Notes: generated by a model from the letters alone, not told the origin. A stretch of 64,000 nucleotides of DNA from Candidatus Cloacimonadota bacterium (GCA_049903315.1 JBNGBT010000001.1:288001-352000), one strand, 5' to 3'; positions 38,870 to 49,937 are shown, counted from the stretch's first letter. Made by a program: numbers and translations.

Positions 38870-40630
38870 TTATCTCAATAGTAATATTTTTTCAAATCTT
38901 ATATTCTCGTCATATATAGAATACAAGTACACCCCGGAAAGAACATCTTGTCCCAAGGTATCTTGTCCGTCCCAGCTTGCTTCGACTATGCCTGAAGAAA
39001 TATCATGAGCAGTTAATTTTCTTACAAACTCACCTTTAATATTATAAATTTCAATGTGTGCATCGTGTGTTGTTTCCTGAGAATAAAACCTGATCGATGT
39101 GCTGCCGTCAGCCTGCGGATTAAATGGATTTGGAAAAGTGAAACTCGTGTAACCATCTATTATATGTGGATCGTCAATTGCAAAATACCAATCAATTATT
39201 ATTGTATTTGATGGATTTGATTCACCGATGTCATAGATCGCAGTCACATAATACTCATATTCAATTCCATAGATCGCAGTATCATCATGATAGGTTTGTG
39301 TATATACAGGTTCAGTATTCAATAAGACATCATCTCGATACACATTATATGAGATCACACCAGCTTGGACCGGTGCCTGCCATGATAGATCGATATATGC
39401 AGGAGTCTGATTGCTCGTGTATGCCAGACTTGCAGGAGGATCATAGTAAGGAACGGGATCGGAATAGATATCCAGGGTGACGCCATGAATGGTTGTGAGT
39501 GAATAGGGAAATTCATCTGGGAGAATGTACCAGCCATCATACGAACCATTCCAACCGAAATTCACATGATACTCATTCAAGGTGTTGTAACCGTCGACAA
39601 CGACGTTATGCCCTCCGCTGCCCCCTGTAACTAGAACTGTTAATTCTGCCGGCTGCGCATCCATCATATTCTGGCTTAGGCGTGTCCAGAAATTAGGAGC
39701 GCTGTCATCTATCGTATCTGTGCCGAAATACCCGAATTTCTCAAGCGCATCGACGACCTGGCTCAGATAGAACGTGCCGGAAACCGTAGAAGTATAAACT
39801 TGTGTAGCTGCAACCCCGCATGCAAAACAGAGTGCTGCCTTATCCACATCAGTGATTTCCTGGTGCAGCTTCTGATGTGCATCATAAGTATTGAGAAATG
39901 AGTTCAGATCAGGAAAAGAAGCAAATCCCCGGGTGAAATAATCATTATCGATCCAAAAATCCCTTCCTGCATAGGAATGATAATAATCGTCAGCATCCCC
40001 GAATAGAGCGCCGTTTATGTTTGAAAAATAATCAATGATCTGTGCAGTGGCAATCGCCGGGCATCCAGCCAGACTTCTTGCACTGGTCACCAGATCCCAC
40101 GGGCAGTAATTATAATATGGGGCTGTTTGACGCCATTGCATCTGTACCCATCCACCGGTCAGTGTGGAGTCCTGATCGGGCCAGTACATTTCCTCTTTTG
40201 CTTCTTTTTCGTTGAGAAGATCCGACCACGCATCATTTCTTTGCTGAATAATATTTTGTGGAAGTTTATCAAGCGCTGCATTACGATAGGAAATATCCAG
40301 TTCGATTGCTTGGTACGGCATTGAAATTTCATCTTGCGCATCTATATTATTTCTGAAACTGTAGCCAATAACAGGCGGGAGATCGGTGTCTGTAGTTGTA
40401 ATGATAAACCCTTTGGGGTCGAGTTCAAAAATATAGAAAAGCACTTCTTCCTTATCATTGATATGAGAAGTGATATTTGAAATGCTTGCCGCATCTTTCA
40501 TGCTGTGCTGCATGATCTTTGCTTCTGCGATTTTTATGCACAGGTCTTTATCAGCAGTAATACTAAAGAGGGGATGTGCACATGCTACAATAAAAATTAT
40601 TAATAATAGAGTTGTTTTGATTTTTAACAT
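38870..40630 (-). CDS. C10 (SpeB/streptopain-like) cysteine peptidase with prodomain, FN3 and FlgD/T9SS CTD
   Basis: QWRQTAPYYNYCP, AGCPAIATAQI (catalytic Cys), GGHNVVVDGY, HVNFGWNG. Confidence 0.9.
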   Translation of the reverse strand: MLKIKTTLLLIIFIVACAHPLFSITADKDLCIKIAEAKIMQHSMKDAASISNITSHINDKEEVLFYIFELDPKGFIITTTDTDLPPVIGYSFRNNIDAQDEISMPYQAIELDISYRNAALDKLPQNIIQQRNDAWSDLLNEKEAKEEMYWPDQDSTLTGGWVQMQWRQTAPYYNYCPWDLVTSARSLAGCPAIATAQIIDYFSNINGALFGDADDYYHSYAGRDFWIDNDYFTRGFASFPDLNSFLNTYDAHQKLHQEITDVDKAALCFACGVAATQVYTSTVSGTFYLSQVVDALEKFGYFGTDTIDDSAPNFWTRLSQNMMDAQPAELTVLVTGGSGGHNVVVDGYNTLNEYHVNFGWNGSYDGWYILPDEFPYSLTTIHGVTLDIYSDPVPYYDPPASLAYTSNQTPAYIDLSWQAPVQAGVISYNVYRDDVLLNTEPVYTQTYHDDTAIYGIEYEYYVTAIYDIGESNPSNTIIIDWYFAIDDPHIIDGYTSFTFPNPFNPQADGSTSIRFYSQETTHDAHIEIYNIKGEFVRKLTAHDISSGIVEASWDGQDTLGQDVLSGVYLYSIYDENIRFEKILLLR

Positions 40631-40639
40631 CTAAGCTCC

Positions 40640-41485
40640 TTATTCGCAAAATATCGGGAATTCTTCCCATTCTTTTTTTGTATTTTTTAATAGTTCAAGA
40701 CTTTTTTCTTTATTCAATGCTGCTAAACTGTTCACGATAATATTTACCATAACCACAGGTGCTGCCTGGGATAAACTGTAGGTTGTACCTGTCACTGGAG
40801 TTACCAGCACATGATCGCACGCCAATGCAAGGGGACTGAATTCACTGTCTGTGATCGCAATCGTTGCCGCACCTTTTTCATGCGCAAACTGAGCAACATC
40901 TCGTACTTCTTTGAGAATTTTTTGAAAACTGATTGCAATAACCACATCATCAGGACCGATGTCCATAATTTCGATCTGTTTGGAAATACCGAATCCTTTG
41001 AGTTTGATGTAGTCCTTCCCCAAAGCTTCGAAGTAATAGTGAAAGATATCAACGCACACTTCACTCGAACCGATCGATGCAATAATGATTTTCTGCGCAT
41101 TATTTATCAGTTTAACTGCTTTTGTAAGGGTATCTTTATTCAGATAGGTGCGCACATTCATGATATTCTGAATGTCTTGCTCAATTGTTGCATCGAGCAC
41201 ATCTTTCTGCGTGGTATCAGAGATGAAATCTTGAAAAACCTCGTGTGGTGTTGTTGTTTTTCTGTAAAGTGTTTCGAGTTCTCTCTTTAATTGTGGAAAT
41301 CCTGAGTAGCCAAGTTTCTGAGCAAACCGCGTGATTGATGATGGAGCAACTTTGCAGGTTTCTGCGAGTTGTGGACCATTAAGAAAGGCATTTTTATGAA
41401 GATTGCGTGTAAGAGTATCTGCGATGAGTTTCTCTCGCTTTGTGAGTGATGTCTTCTTGAGTTTATCTTGTAGTTTATTTTTCAT
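40640..41485 (-). CDS. MurR/RpiR family transcriptional regulator
   Basis: LTKREKLIA, SSITRFAQKLGYSGF HTH, SIS domain IAITDSEFSPLA. Confidence 0.93.
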   Translation of the reverse strand: MKNKLQDKLKKTSLTKREKLIADTLTRNLHKNAFLNGPQLAETCKVAPSSITRFAQKLGYSGFPQLKRELETLYRKTTTPHEVFQDFISDTTQKDVLDATIEQDIQNIMNVRTYLNKDTLTKAVKLINNAQKIIIASIGSSEVCVDIFHYYFEALGKDYIKLKGFGISKQIEIMDIGPDDVVIAISFQKILKEVRDVAQFAHEKGAATIAITDSEFSPLALACDHVLVTPVTGTTYSLSQAAPVVMVNIIVNSLAALNKEKSLELLKNTKKEWEEFPIFCE

Positions 41486-41587
41486 TTTGCAAAAACCTTT
41501 GCGTAAAATAAGTTAGTTGCAAAAATAATTGTCAAATAATAATGTGTAATGCATCTAAAATAGTGTATTCAATAATAATTTTTTGGG

Positions 41588-42046
41588 GTAGGTTCAGGTT
41601 TATCCTGAACCATTTTATGTAAGGAACCACATCTTCATTTTCTCCTTGATGAGAAAACGAAGCAAAAGAATCACCCACGATTAAGAAAATACTAAAATTT
41701 TATTCGTGAAGCTAAAAGAATAACAACTCGCTCCGCTCAGACAGTCATTCATTTGACTCGTCAAGGCGTAGTTCATCTCATACATAAATTCTATTTCCTT
41801 CAGCGATTATTTATGAACGAAGCCGGAACGCTTTACTCACAAAATTTCGATGCGCATTTTCTTAATATGCGGGAAAAATAGATATGATTTTCATCTCGTT
41901 CCTAAGTTGTACTTGGGAACGAATCTTATTGCCGAATTATATTTCATTCGAATATGGGTTACAAAGTCCAACTTTGTAACCAAAGAATTTTTTAAGCTTT
42001 TCTCTTCATTGCTTTTTTGAATTCTCTGTGTCCTCTGTGGTTAAAT
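41588..42046. repeat. Cluster of REP-like hairpins and a long imperfect inverted-repeat element
   Basis: GTAG+ggttcagg-tttat-cctgaacc (41588-41611); cttcattttctc-cttgat-gagaaaacgaag; ctcgttcctaagttgtacttgggaacga (41895-41922); ggttacaaag-tccaa-ctttgtaacc (41957-41981); ctctgtgtcctctgtggttaaa. Confidence 0.7.
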
Positions 42047-42122
42047 TCTAATCCAAAAATATGTTTAATTCTAAATTTTTTGACAAAGAAATAACCCTCC
42101 AAAATTCTTTCACTCAATCTGT

Positions 42123-42199
<77 letters not shown>

Positions 42200-42220
42200 T
42201 TTTTATTGAAGGGGTTTGAT

Positions 42221-42730
42221 ATGCTTCACATATATACAGGCGACGGCAAAGGCAAGACAACTGCTTCTCTCGGGCTGGCAACGCGATTTCTCGGACACCA
42301 TAAAAAGGTTTGCCTTATTCAGTTCATGAAAAAGAATATTGAGTACGGTGAGATCACATTCTTTGAAAATATACCAAACATCGATATTTTCCAGTTCGGC
42401 ACACCCGATTTTGTTGATAAGAAAAATCCCAAACAGATAGACATCGAAGAAGCGGTGAAAGCTTTTAATAAAGCAAAAGAAGTTATCCTGAGCAAAGAAT
42501 ATGACTTGGTTATCCTGGACGAATTGAATGTTGCATTGGATTTTGATCTCGTGTCCTTCGAAAAAGTTCTTCCATTCATAAAAGATCACAAAGACGAGCT
42601 GGAAATAGTGATAACCGGCAGGTACGCTTCTGAAGAACTCATAGAAATTGCTGATCTGGTGACTGATATGGAAGAGATAAAGCACTATTATCATAAGGAT
42701 ATTTTTGCTCGCGAGGGGACGGAATATTAA
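42221..42730 (+). CDS. cobO: Cob(I)yrinic acid a,c-diamide adenosyltransferase (CobO/BtuR)
   Basis: IYTGDGKGKTTASLG, QFMK, LVILDE, VITGR, ADLVTDM..KHYY. Confidence 0.93.
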   Translation: MLHIYTGDGKGKTTASLGLATRFLGHHKKVCLIQFMKKNIEYGEITFFENIPNIDIFQFGTPDFVDKKNPKQIDIEEAVKAFNKAKEVILSKEYDLVILDELNVALDFDLVSFEKVLPFIKDHKDELEIVITGRYASEELIEIADLVTDMEEIKHYYHKDIFAREGTEY

Positions 42731-42834
42731 AAAAATATTCAAAGCATTTGACGTAAAAAAAATGAGCATCCCAAATTATACCATCCTGAAGATTAACTGC
42801 TAAAGGATGCTGAATCTAATCACGGAGGAATTCA

Positions 42835-45102
42835 ATGGAGCTTTCTGATAATGCTCGTGCAGTGCTGAAAAAAAGATATTTCAAAAAAGATCAGATGGGT
42901 GATATTATTGAGGACGAAAAAGCGATGCTCACACGAGTGAGTGAGAACATCGCAGGCGGAAATAAAGAGAAAGCAAAGCGTTATTTCAACATTATGAATA
43001 ACTGCTATTTCCTCCCAAATTCTCCCACTCTTATGAATGCAGGGAGCGATCTGCAGCAGCTTTCCGCGTGTTTTGTGCTTCCTATCAAAGACAGCATGCA
43101 CAGCATTTTTGATGCGGTCAAGAACGCAGCACTCATTCATAAAAGCGGTGGTGGGACAGGTTTTTCTTTTTCCAAACTCCGTGAACATAATGCACGAGTA
43201 GGATCTACCAGCGGTGTCTCCAGCGGCCCGATAACCTTCATGAAAGTTTTCAATTCAGCAACCGATGCAGTGAAGCAAGGGGGTACCCGCCGTGGTGCAA
43301 ATATGGCGATCCTCAATATTGACCATCCGGACATTATAGATTTTATCAAAGCAAAAGAAAAAAATACAGAACTGACCAATTTCAACATAAGTGTCGGGCT
43401 TACAGAAGCATTTATGGATGCAGTAAAGAATAATGAAGAATATGAGCTCATTGCACCTCATACCGGCAAGGTCAAAAGACGCCTGAAAGCTTTGGATGTG
43501 TTCGAACTAATTGTAGAAATGGCGCACAAGAACGGTGAGCCGGGCATCGTATTCCTTGATCGGCTTGATCGATATAATCCTACTCCAAAAGATGGAAAGA
43601 TTGAAGCTACAAATCCTTGCGGCGAGCAGCCCTTGCTTGCAAATGAAGCTTGCAATCTCGGATCGATCAATTTAGCGCTCATGGTGAAAGACGGAGGAAT
43701 TGACTGGGATCTTCTCAAGAAAACTGTTTATTCCGCAGTAGATTTTCTGGATGATGTCATCGACCGCTCTGCATTTCCACTTCCCGAGATCGAGAAGCAG
43801 GTTAAGAAAAATCGAAAGATAGGATTGGGTATCATGGGGTGGGCGGATCTGCTTCTTCAACTTGGCATTCCTTACTGTTCTGATGAAGCAACCGACACAG
43901 GCCGAGAGATCATGGAATTCATTGATTACTACTCGAAAGAGCGCTCAATGCAGCTCGCTGTCAAAAAAGGACCGTTTCCCAATTTTGATCAAAGCATCTA
44001 TAAAAAAGGCACTTTTTCACGGGAAGGTTATAAGCTGAACTGGGAGAGTTTAATTGAAGAGATCAAGGAGAAGGGGATCCGCAATGCTACGACCACGACG
44101 ATTGCTCCCACAGGGACGATCAGCATGATCGCAGATACATCAAGCGGTGTCGAACCGATCTTTTCATTAGTATATATAAAGAATGTGATGGACGGCGAGA
44201 AACTGCTTTATGTGAATAAATATTTTGAAGAAATAGCCCAAGAACAAAAATTTTATTCCAAAGAAATAATGGAGAAGATCTCCGAAAAGGGCTCGCTCCA
44301 GGAAATAGACGAAATTCCTGAAGATGTGAAAAGAGTATTTGTGACTGCTCATGACATCACTCCCGAATGGCATATCAGGATGCAGGCAGCATTTCAGGAG
44401 TTTGTTGATAATGCAGTTTCCAAAACAATCAATTTTCCGAATTATGCCACCAAAGAGGATATTTACACCTCCTACATGCTTGCTTATCAGCTTGGCTGCA
44501 AAGGCGTCACAGTCTATCGCGACGGCAGCCGGGACGAGCAGGTTCTCAATGTCGGTAAAAAGATGCGCGAGCATGACCGCACAAGAATTGAACCGCGGCA
44601 CCGTCCTGAAACAACAATCGGCGTGACGAAAAAAGTCAATACGGGATGTGGTCATCTTTATGTGACTATCAATATTGATGAGACCGGACCGTGCGAGGTC
44701 TTTACACAAATGGGCAAGGTCGGCGGCTGTGCTTCTGCTCAACTTGAAGCAATTGCACGTTTGATATCGCTTGCGCTTCGCTCGAATGTGAAAGTGGAAT
44801 CCATTGTAAAACAGCTTCGGCTTATCCGATGCCCTGCACCAATGTGGTCAAAGGGCAAAAAAATACATTCCTGTGCAGATGCCATAGCAAATGCAATTAT
44901 AGAATTTCTCGAACAGGACGGGAACGGGCTCAAACAGACAAAAGAAGGTAAGGGAAAAGATCAATTAAAAGTTATTGCAGAAAGCCCTTCCTTTGATGAA
45001 ACGACTCCAGTTGGCTCGATGTGTCCAGAATGCGGCGCAACTCTTGAATTCAAAGAAGGTTGTAAAACCTGTCCGATTTGTGGCTGGTCAAAATGCAGCT
45101 AA
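42835..45102 (+). CDS. nrdJ: Adenosylcobalamin-dependent (class II) ribonucleotide reductase with TSCPD and Zn-ribbon tail
   Basis: FLPNSPTLMNAG, SACFV, GGGTG, TNPCGEQ, APTGTIS, KGVTVYRDGSR, CPECG..CPICGWSKC. Confidence 0.95.
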   Translation: MELSDNARAVLKKRYFKKDQMGDIIEDEKAMLTRVSENIAGGNKEKAKRYFNIMNNCYFLPNSPTLMNAGSDLQQLSACFVLPIKDSMHSIFDAVKNAALIHKSGGGTGFSFSKLREHNARVGSTSGVSSGPITFMKVFNSATDAVKQGGTRRGANMAILNIDHPDIIDFIKAKEKNTELTNFNISVGLTEAFMDAVKNNEEYELIAPHTGKVKRRLKALDVFELIVEMAHKNGEPGIVFLDRLDRYNPTPKDGKIEATNPCGEQPLLANEACNLGSINLALMVKDGGIDWDLLKKTVYSAVDFLDDVIDRSAFPLPEIEKQVKKNRKIGLGIMGWADLLLQLGIPYCSDEATDTGREIMEFIDYYSKERSMQLAVKKGPFPNFDQSIYKKGTFSREGYKLNWESLIEEIKEKGIRNATTTTIAPTGTISMIADTSSGVEPIFSLVYIKNVMDGEKLLYVNKYFEEIAQEQKFYSKEIMEKISEKGSLQEIDEIPEDVKRVFVTAHDITPEWHIRMQAAFQEFVDNAVSKTINFPNYATKEDIYTSYMLAYQLGCKGVTVYRDGSRDEQVLNVGKKMREHDRTRIEPRHRPETTIGVTKKVNTGCGHLYVTINIDETGPCEVFTQMGKVGGCASAQLEAIARLISLALRSNVKVESIVKQLRLIRCPAPMWSKGKKIHSCADAIANAIIEFLEQDGNGLKQTKEGKGKDQLKVIAESPSFDETTPVGSMCPECGATLEFKEGCKTCPICGWSKCS

Positions 45103-45123
45103 AATATTATTAGGGGAGACTCC

Positions 45124-48100
45124 ATGAAAAAAATCATAGTACTGGTCACAATCATTTTAATGAGTACTTCGATCTGCGCACTTGAACCACATTTTATGCA
45201 ACAACCTGCGATTTCACCAGATGGGACGACGATTTGCTTTTCTTATATGTCGGATCTCTGGACTGTCCCATTCGACGGCGGAGAAGCAAAACGACTCACC
45301 GTCTCAAAAGGCAATGATAGGTATCCAGTTTTTTCTCCGGACGGAAAAACTATTGCATTTAACTCCAATCGTGAAGGTTTCTGGGGAACCTATCTCATTC
45401 CCGCAGAAGGCGGTGTCGCAAAGTGTATTTCCAAAGAAGGAGTCACCGTTATCGACTGGTTTTCCAACGGAAAGAAACTTCTCGCTACGGAGTATGAACT
45501 GCCCAATGGCTGGAATTTTATGGAAGTTCCTCTCGATGGCTCGCACCCGAAACTGATCACGGAAATAGGCAACAGTCTTGCAAAACTTACTCCGGATAAT
45601 AAGAAGATCATTTACAGCAGCAGAGGGGATGACACTCGTGAGAGATATAAAGGGAGTGTGAGTGGGCAAATATGGGAATATGATATACAAAATCAATCCT
45701 ATACTCAGCTTACTGACGCAGAATATACAGAAAAATATCCCGTGTGCTCTTATGTTAACAACCGCATATATTTTATCGGTGCGGATTTCGTGAATGAGAA
45801 TCAAGCAGTTTTCCAGATATATTACGCTGAAGGCATGGATTTCTCCCATCCTCAAAAACTCACGAAATTTGATTATTGGTCTGCCACACAACTCTCTATT
45901 GCTCGTGAAAATGATAATATGGTTTTCAAACGATTTGATGAGCTCTGGTCATATAATGCGAAGTCTGGGAAGATCAAAAAAATATCAATTGAGATCAAGC
46001 AGGATTTTCTTGAGAGCTTCGAGATCACGGAGAAGTATATTAATCAGGCAACAGATTTTTCGGTCTCATCAAATGGGAAAATGGTTGCTTTTACCTACAA
46101 ATTTGATCTTTTTGCAATGCCTGAAAAGGGGGGAGAGGTCAAGCAGTTGACAAAAGACCAAAAAGGGATCGAGAGCATTGCAATTGCCGATGACGATCAG
46201 ACGATCTATTTTACCACTTATGAAATGGGCAACATTCAGCTCTATAAAACCAATATTAAAGAGCCGAATACAATCCATAAACTGTCATGGTTCAAAGATA
46301 AATATGTGCAGGATATCCGTTTTGAAGAGGAGATGGGATTATTCGTGCAATACTCGGATGATAAAGCAAGAAATCAAATTGCTCTTGTAGATAAAGAAGA
46401 TGATAAAGTTCAGGAACTGATCACTGACCAGGTCGTGAATTCACAATTTTCAGTGAGTCCGGATAAGAAGTATGCGCTCTATTTCGTACTCACACCCGGC
46501 ACTTGGGATGAGATACTCTATCTTTATAATTTTGAAACAAAAGAAAAAACGACTCTTTATCCCTATCATGGAAATATGAATTCGCCGATCTGGGGTGAAC
46601 AGGGAGCGTATGTTTTCTTCAATAGAAATCAGGATATTTGCAGAATGGAACTTCATGCTAAAGAGGATTTTTGGGATTATAAGGATTACTGGGAAGATAT
46701 TCTAAATCCAAAAGATGAGAGCGAGGAAAAAAAGGATAAGGATAAAAAATCAAAGGACGAAGATAAGGACACTGATAAAGAGGATGACGAAAAGGATGAG
46801 GTTGAGGATGTCATTATTACGATCGATCTTGAAGATATCCATCGCAGAGTTTCTGTGATCACTTCCAAGCAGGGATACAACTCTCTTATTGCAACCGATA
46901 AAGATAGTACTCTTTATTATGTAAACAGCTCAGAAGATGATGTGTATACTTTGAGAAAAGTTGATTACGAAGGTAAAAAGGATGAGGAAATCACTACGTT
47001 TATATCCCGTCCGCGTCACATGACATATAATGATGAAAATGACTGTTTCTATTGCATCGAATCTGAATCTCTGAAAAAAATAACTACCAGCGGTGCAAAG
47101 GAAACTCTTGAAAATGAGTTTGAATATAAATTTAACACGCTTACTTTAAATAAGACTGTTTTTGAGCAGGCCTGGAAGGCTTTTCAACGGGGCTTTTATG
47201 ATCCTGATATGCATGATATTGATTGGGAAAAAGCATTCAAGAAGTACTATCCTTATATGGAATACGCCTACTCACCGGAAATCATGGATGAGATTTATTC
47301 TGAAATGATGGGTGAAGTAAATGCCTCACATACGGGATTTTATGCAAGAAATGATAATCCCGTAATCCAGCATAATATCGCATACGGCGGATTTATTCTC
47401 GATTATAAAGACATTCCTAAAAAAGGGATTAAATTCAAAAAGATCTTCCGTAAATCCAAGCTCAATAAACCTTATAATATCAAACCAGGAGATACTCTCT
47501 TGGAAGTTGATGGAGTGGAAATCACTGAAGATACACAGATCACACCGCTTTTCTTTAATAAGGTCGATGAAAAGATCACCATGAAAGTACAAACACCTGA
47601 CAGTATCGCAACGGTTGAATTCAAGGGACTTTCCTGGTGGCAAAATAGGATGATGAACTATGATACCTGGGTTGAAGAGCGAAAAGATATTGTTAATGAA
47701 CTGTCAGATGGTAAAATTGGCTATGCACACATCAGGCATATGGGATGGAGTTCTTATGAAGATTTTGTACAGGATGTTTTTGCTAATAACTGGCAAAAGA
47801 AAGCGCTCATAATAGATGTGCGGAATAATCCTGGCGGCTGGATCCATGACTGGCTTATCGAACTACTAACAAAAGAACCCTATGCCTATACTACGAACAG
47901 GATTTTCAATGTTGAAAAACAACCATTCCCGGGTGAAACCTGGACTAGACCAACCATTTTACTTATCAATCAAAACTCATTTTCCGATGCCGAGATATTC
48001 CCGAATATTTATAAGCATTTCGGGCTCGGGAAAGTTATAGGTATGCCCACAAGCGGATCTGTAATTGGGACCGGTCATGTTTATTTCATGGATGGATCGA

Positions 48101-48267
48101 GCATGCGGATGCCCGGCACAGGATGGTATATCTCAGAGGATATTAATATGGAAGGTACAGGTGCGAAACCTGATATATATCTGGATATAACAAATGAGCA
48201 AAAAATTGCCGATGATGATGTACAGTTGAAAAAAGCAATAGAAGAAATATTAAAGGAACTTCAATAA
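45124..48267 (+). CDS. Tricorn-like S41 peptidase (PD40 propellers, PDZ)
   Basis: PAISPDG, NASHTG, IIDVRNNPGG, SFSDAEIF, NMEGTGAKPD; signal peptide. Confidence 0.9.
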   Translation: MKKIIVLVTIILMSTSICALEPHFMQQPAISPDGTTICFSYMSDLWTVPFDGGEAKRLTVSKGNDRYPVFSPDGKTIAFNSNREGFWGTYLIPAEGGVAKCISKEGVTVIDWFSNGKKLLATEYELPNGWNFMEVPLDGSHPKLITEIGNSLAKLTPDNKKIIYSSRGDDTRERYKGSVSGQIWEYDIQNQSYTQLTDAEYTEKYPVCSYVNNRIYFIGADFVNENQAVFQIYYAEGMDFSHPQKLTKFDYWSATQLSIARENDNMVFKRFDELWSYNAKSGKIKKISIEIKQDFLESFEITEKYINQATDFSVSSNGKMVAFTYKFDLFAMPEKGGEVKQLTKDQKGIESIAIADDDQTIYFTTYEMGNIQLYKTNIKEPNTIHKLSWFKDKYVQDIRFEEEMGLFVQYSDDKARNQIALVDKEDDKVQELITDQVVNSQFSVSPDKKYALYFVLTPGTWDEILYLYNFETKEKTTLYPYHGNMNSPIWGEQGAYVFFNRNQDICRMELHAKEDFWDYKDYWEDILNPKDESEEKKDKDKKSKDEDKDTDKEDDEKDEVEDVIITIDLEDIHRRVSVITSKQGYNSLIATDKDSTLYYVNSSEDDVYTLRKVDYEGKKDEEITTFISRPRHMTYNDENDCFYCIESESLKKITTSGAKETLENEFEYKFNTLTLNKTVFEQAWKAFQRGFYDPDMHDIDWEKAFKKYYPYMEYAYSPEIMDEIYSEMMGEVNASHTGFYARNDNPVIQHNIAYGGFILDYKDIPKKGIKFKKIFRKSKLNKPYNIKPGDTLLEVDGVEITEDTQITPLFFNKVDEKITMKVQTPDSIATVEFKGLSWWQNRMMNYDTWVEERKDIVNELSDGKIGYAHIRHMGWSSYEDFVQDVFANNWQKKALIIDVRNNPGGWIHDWLIELLTKEPYAYTTNRIFNVEKQPFPGETWTRPTILLINQNSFSDAEIFPNIYKHFGLGKVIGMPTSGSVIGTGHVYFMDGSSMRMPGTGWYISEDINMEGTGAKPDIYLDITNEQKIADDDVQLKKAIEEILKELQ

Positions 48268-48279
48268 AACGGAGGATAC

Positions 48280-48861
48280 ATGAAAAATAAAGGATGTGTA
48301 ATCGCAATTATTATCGTTGCCGTTCTGGCAATTCTCGCAGTGTCCATATATGCCTATGTCAAAGGCAAATACAACTCTTTTGTACAGGAACAGCTCGATG
48401 TTGAAAATAATTGGGCTGAAGTGGAAAATCAGTTGAAAAGACGCTACGATCTTATTCCGAATTTGGTCGAAACTGTAAAGGGATATGCTTCGCACGAAAA
48501 AGAAGTATTTATTCAGGTGACAGAAGCTCGTGCCAGTGTCGGAAAAGCGGAGACCCGTCAGGAATCGATCGAAGCCAATAATCAGTTGACAGGTGCACTT
48601 TCCCGTTTGCTCGTGACTGTAGAAAGTTATCCGCAGCTTAAGGCAAATGAGAATTTTATCCGACTACAGGATGAGCTTGCAGGAACGGAAAATCGTATCG
48701 CTGTTGCCCGAAGGCGCTATAATGAAGCAGTCACTCTCTATAACAAAGACATTTCGATCTTCCCGAACAGTCTCTTTGCTGGCATGTTCAATTTTGAAAA
48801 AGAACCTCTCTACAAGATAGACGAAAGCGAAAAAGAAACTCCACAAGTAAAATTCGACTAA
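48280..48861 (+). CDS. lemA: LemA family protein
   Basis: LKRRYDLIPNLVETVKGYASHE, ESYPQLKANENF, ENRIAVARRRYN. Confidence 0.95.
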   Translation: MKNKGCVIAIIIVAVLAILAVSIYAYVKGKYNSFVQEQLDVENNWAEVENQLKRRYDLIPNLVETVKGYASHEKEVFIQVTEARASVGKAETRQESIEANNQLTGALSRLLVTVESYPQLKANENFIRLQDELAGTENRIAVARRRYNEAVTLYNKDISIFPNSLFAGMFNFEKEPLYKIDESEKETPQVKFD

Positions 48862-48863
48862 CC

Positions 48864-49937
48864 ATGTCTTTTCACTCATTTATTGAGAAGCATTGGGTAA
48901 AGAGAAGCATTCTCTCATATCTCTTTTTACCCTTTGCTTTTCTTTTTTCTCTGATCCTGGTCTGTAGAAGATTACTCTACAAATTGAAAATATTTCGGCA
49001 ATATTACCCGCGCGTGTTTGTAATATCTGTCGGGAATCTCACAGTCGGAGGAAACGGGAAAACCCCCTTCACAATACTACTTGCAAAAGCTCTTAAGGAA
49101 GAAGGATTGAGTGTGGCAGTTTCTCATCGCGGTTACAAAGGTGCGTATGAAAATACTGTCAAACAGATCTCAGATAAAGAACAAATATTTGAGGATACCC
49201 ATCTAGCTGGAGACGAGCCCTTACTTCTTGCACAGAATCTGGAAGGAATTCCAGTTATTGTAGGAAAAAATAGAAAAGCTACGATAAAACTTCTGGTCGA
49301 AAAAAATCATCCGGATGTGGTAATTCTGGATGATTCCTATCAGCATATCAAGGTACACCATGATTTTGATTTTCTCCTTTTCAATGGGAAGAATCCAGTT
49401 GGTAACGGATTTATCACACCTGCTGGCATGCTTCGTGAATCCTCACGTATGATGAAATTTGCTCATTGCTTTGTGTTGAATGATATACAGGGAGAATGCG
49501 GAATACCCCAAATATTTAAAAAATATTCCATACCTATTATATCAACAACTTATCACATCAGATATTTTATTGATTTTATAAGTTCTCAAACACATGAAGG
49601 TAATCGATTTAAAGGCAAAAATGTATTCCTACTTTCAGGAATTGGTAATCCCAATTCTTTTGAGACAAGCATGAAGGAATGCGGATTACAATTTGTGCAA
49701 CATTACCAATTTAGTGATCATCATGAATTCTCAAAATCAGAAATTGCTCATATAATTAGTGTTGCGAAGGATCAGAGAATCGATGCTATCATAACAACTG
49801 AGAAGGATTTCGGAAAATTACGCAAGCTGAATTTAGATATGAAACAATTTTATTTTGCAAAACTCGAAGTTACAATCAATGAAATGGATATTTTCAATGG
49901 TATTGTGAGAAAAATTAAGAAAGAAATTGGCGCATGA
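48864..49937 (+). CDS. lpxK: Tetraacyldisaccharide 4'-kinase
   Basis: SVGNLTVGGNGKTP, GDEPLLL, LDDSYQH, PAGMLRE, SGIGNP, TTEKD. Confidence 0.93.
   Translation: MSFHSFIEKHWVKRSILSYLFLPFAFLFSLILVCRRLLYKLKIFRQYYPRVFVISVGNLTVGGNGKTPFTILLAKALKEEGLSVAVSHRGYKGAYENTVKQISDKEQIFEDTHLAGDEPLLLAQNLEGIPVIVGKNRKATIKLLVEKNHPDVVILDDSYQHIKVHHDFDFLLFNGKNPVGNGFITPAGMLRESSRMMKFAHCFVLNDIQGECGIPQIFKKYSIPIISTTYHIRYFIDFISSQTHEGNRFKGKNVFLLSGIGNPNSFETSMKECGLQFVQHYQFSDHHEFSKSEIAHIISVAKDQRIDAIITTEKDFGKLRKLNLDMKQFYFAKLEVTINEMDIFNGIVRKIKKEIGA

Noticed and set aside
42731..42834. Cobalamin riboswitch or NrdR boxes upstream of nrdJ
   Set aside because: Spacer is only about 100 bp, with no recognisable B12 box or NrdR palindrome.
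46705..46810. Lys/Asp/Glu-rich repetitive DNA in the tricorn-like gene
   Set aside because: Ordinary low-complexity charged linker typical of this protease family.
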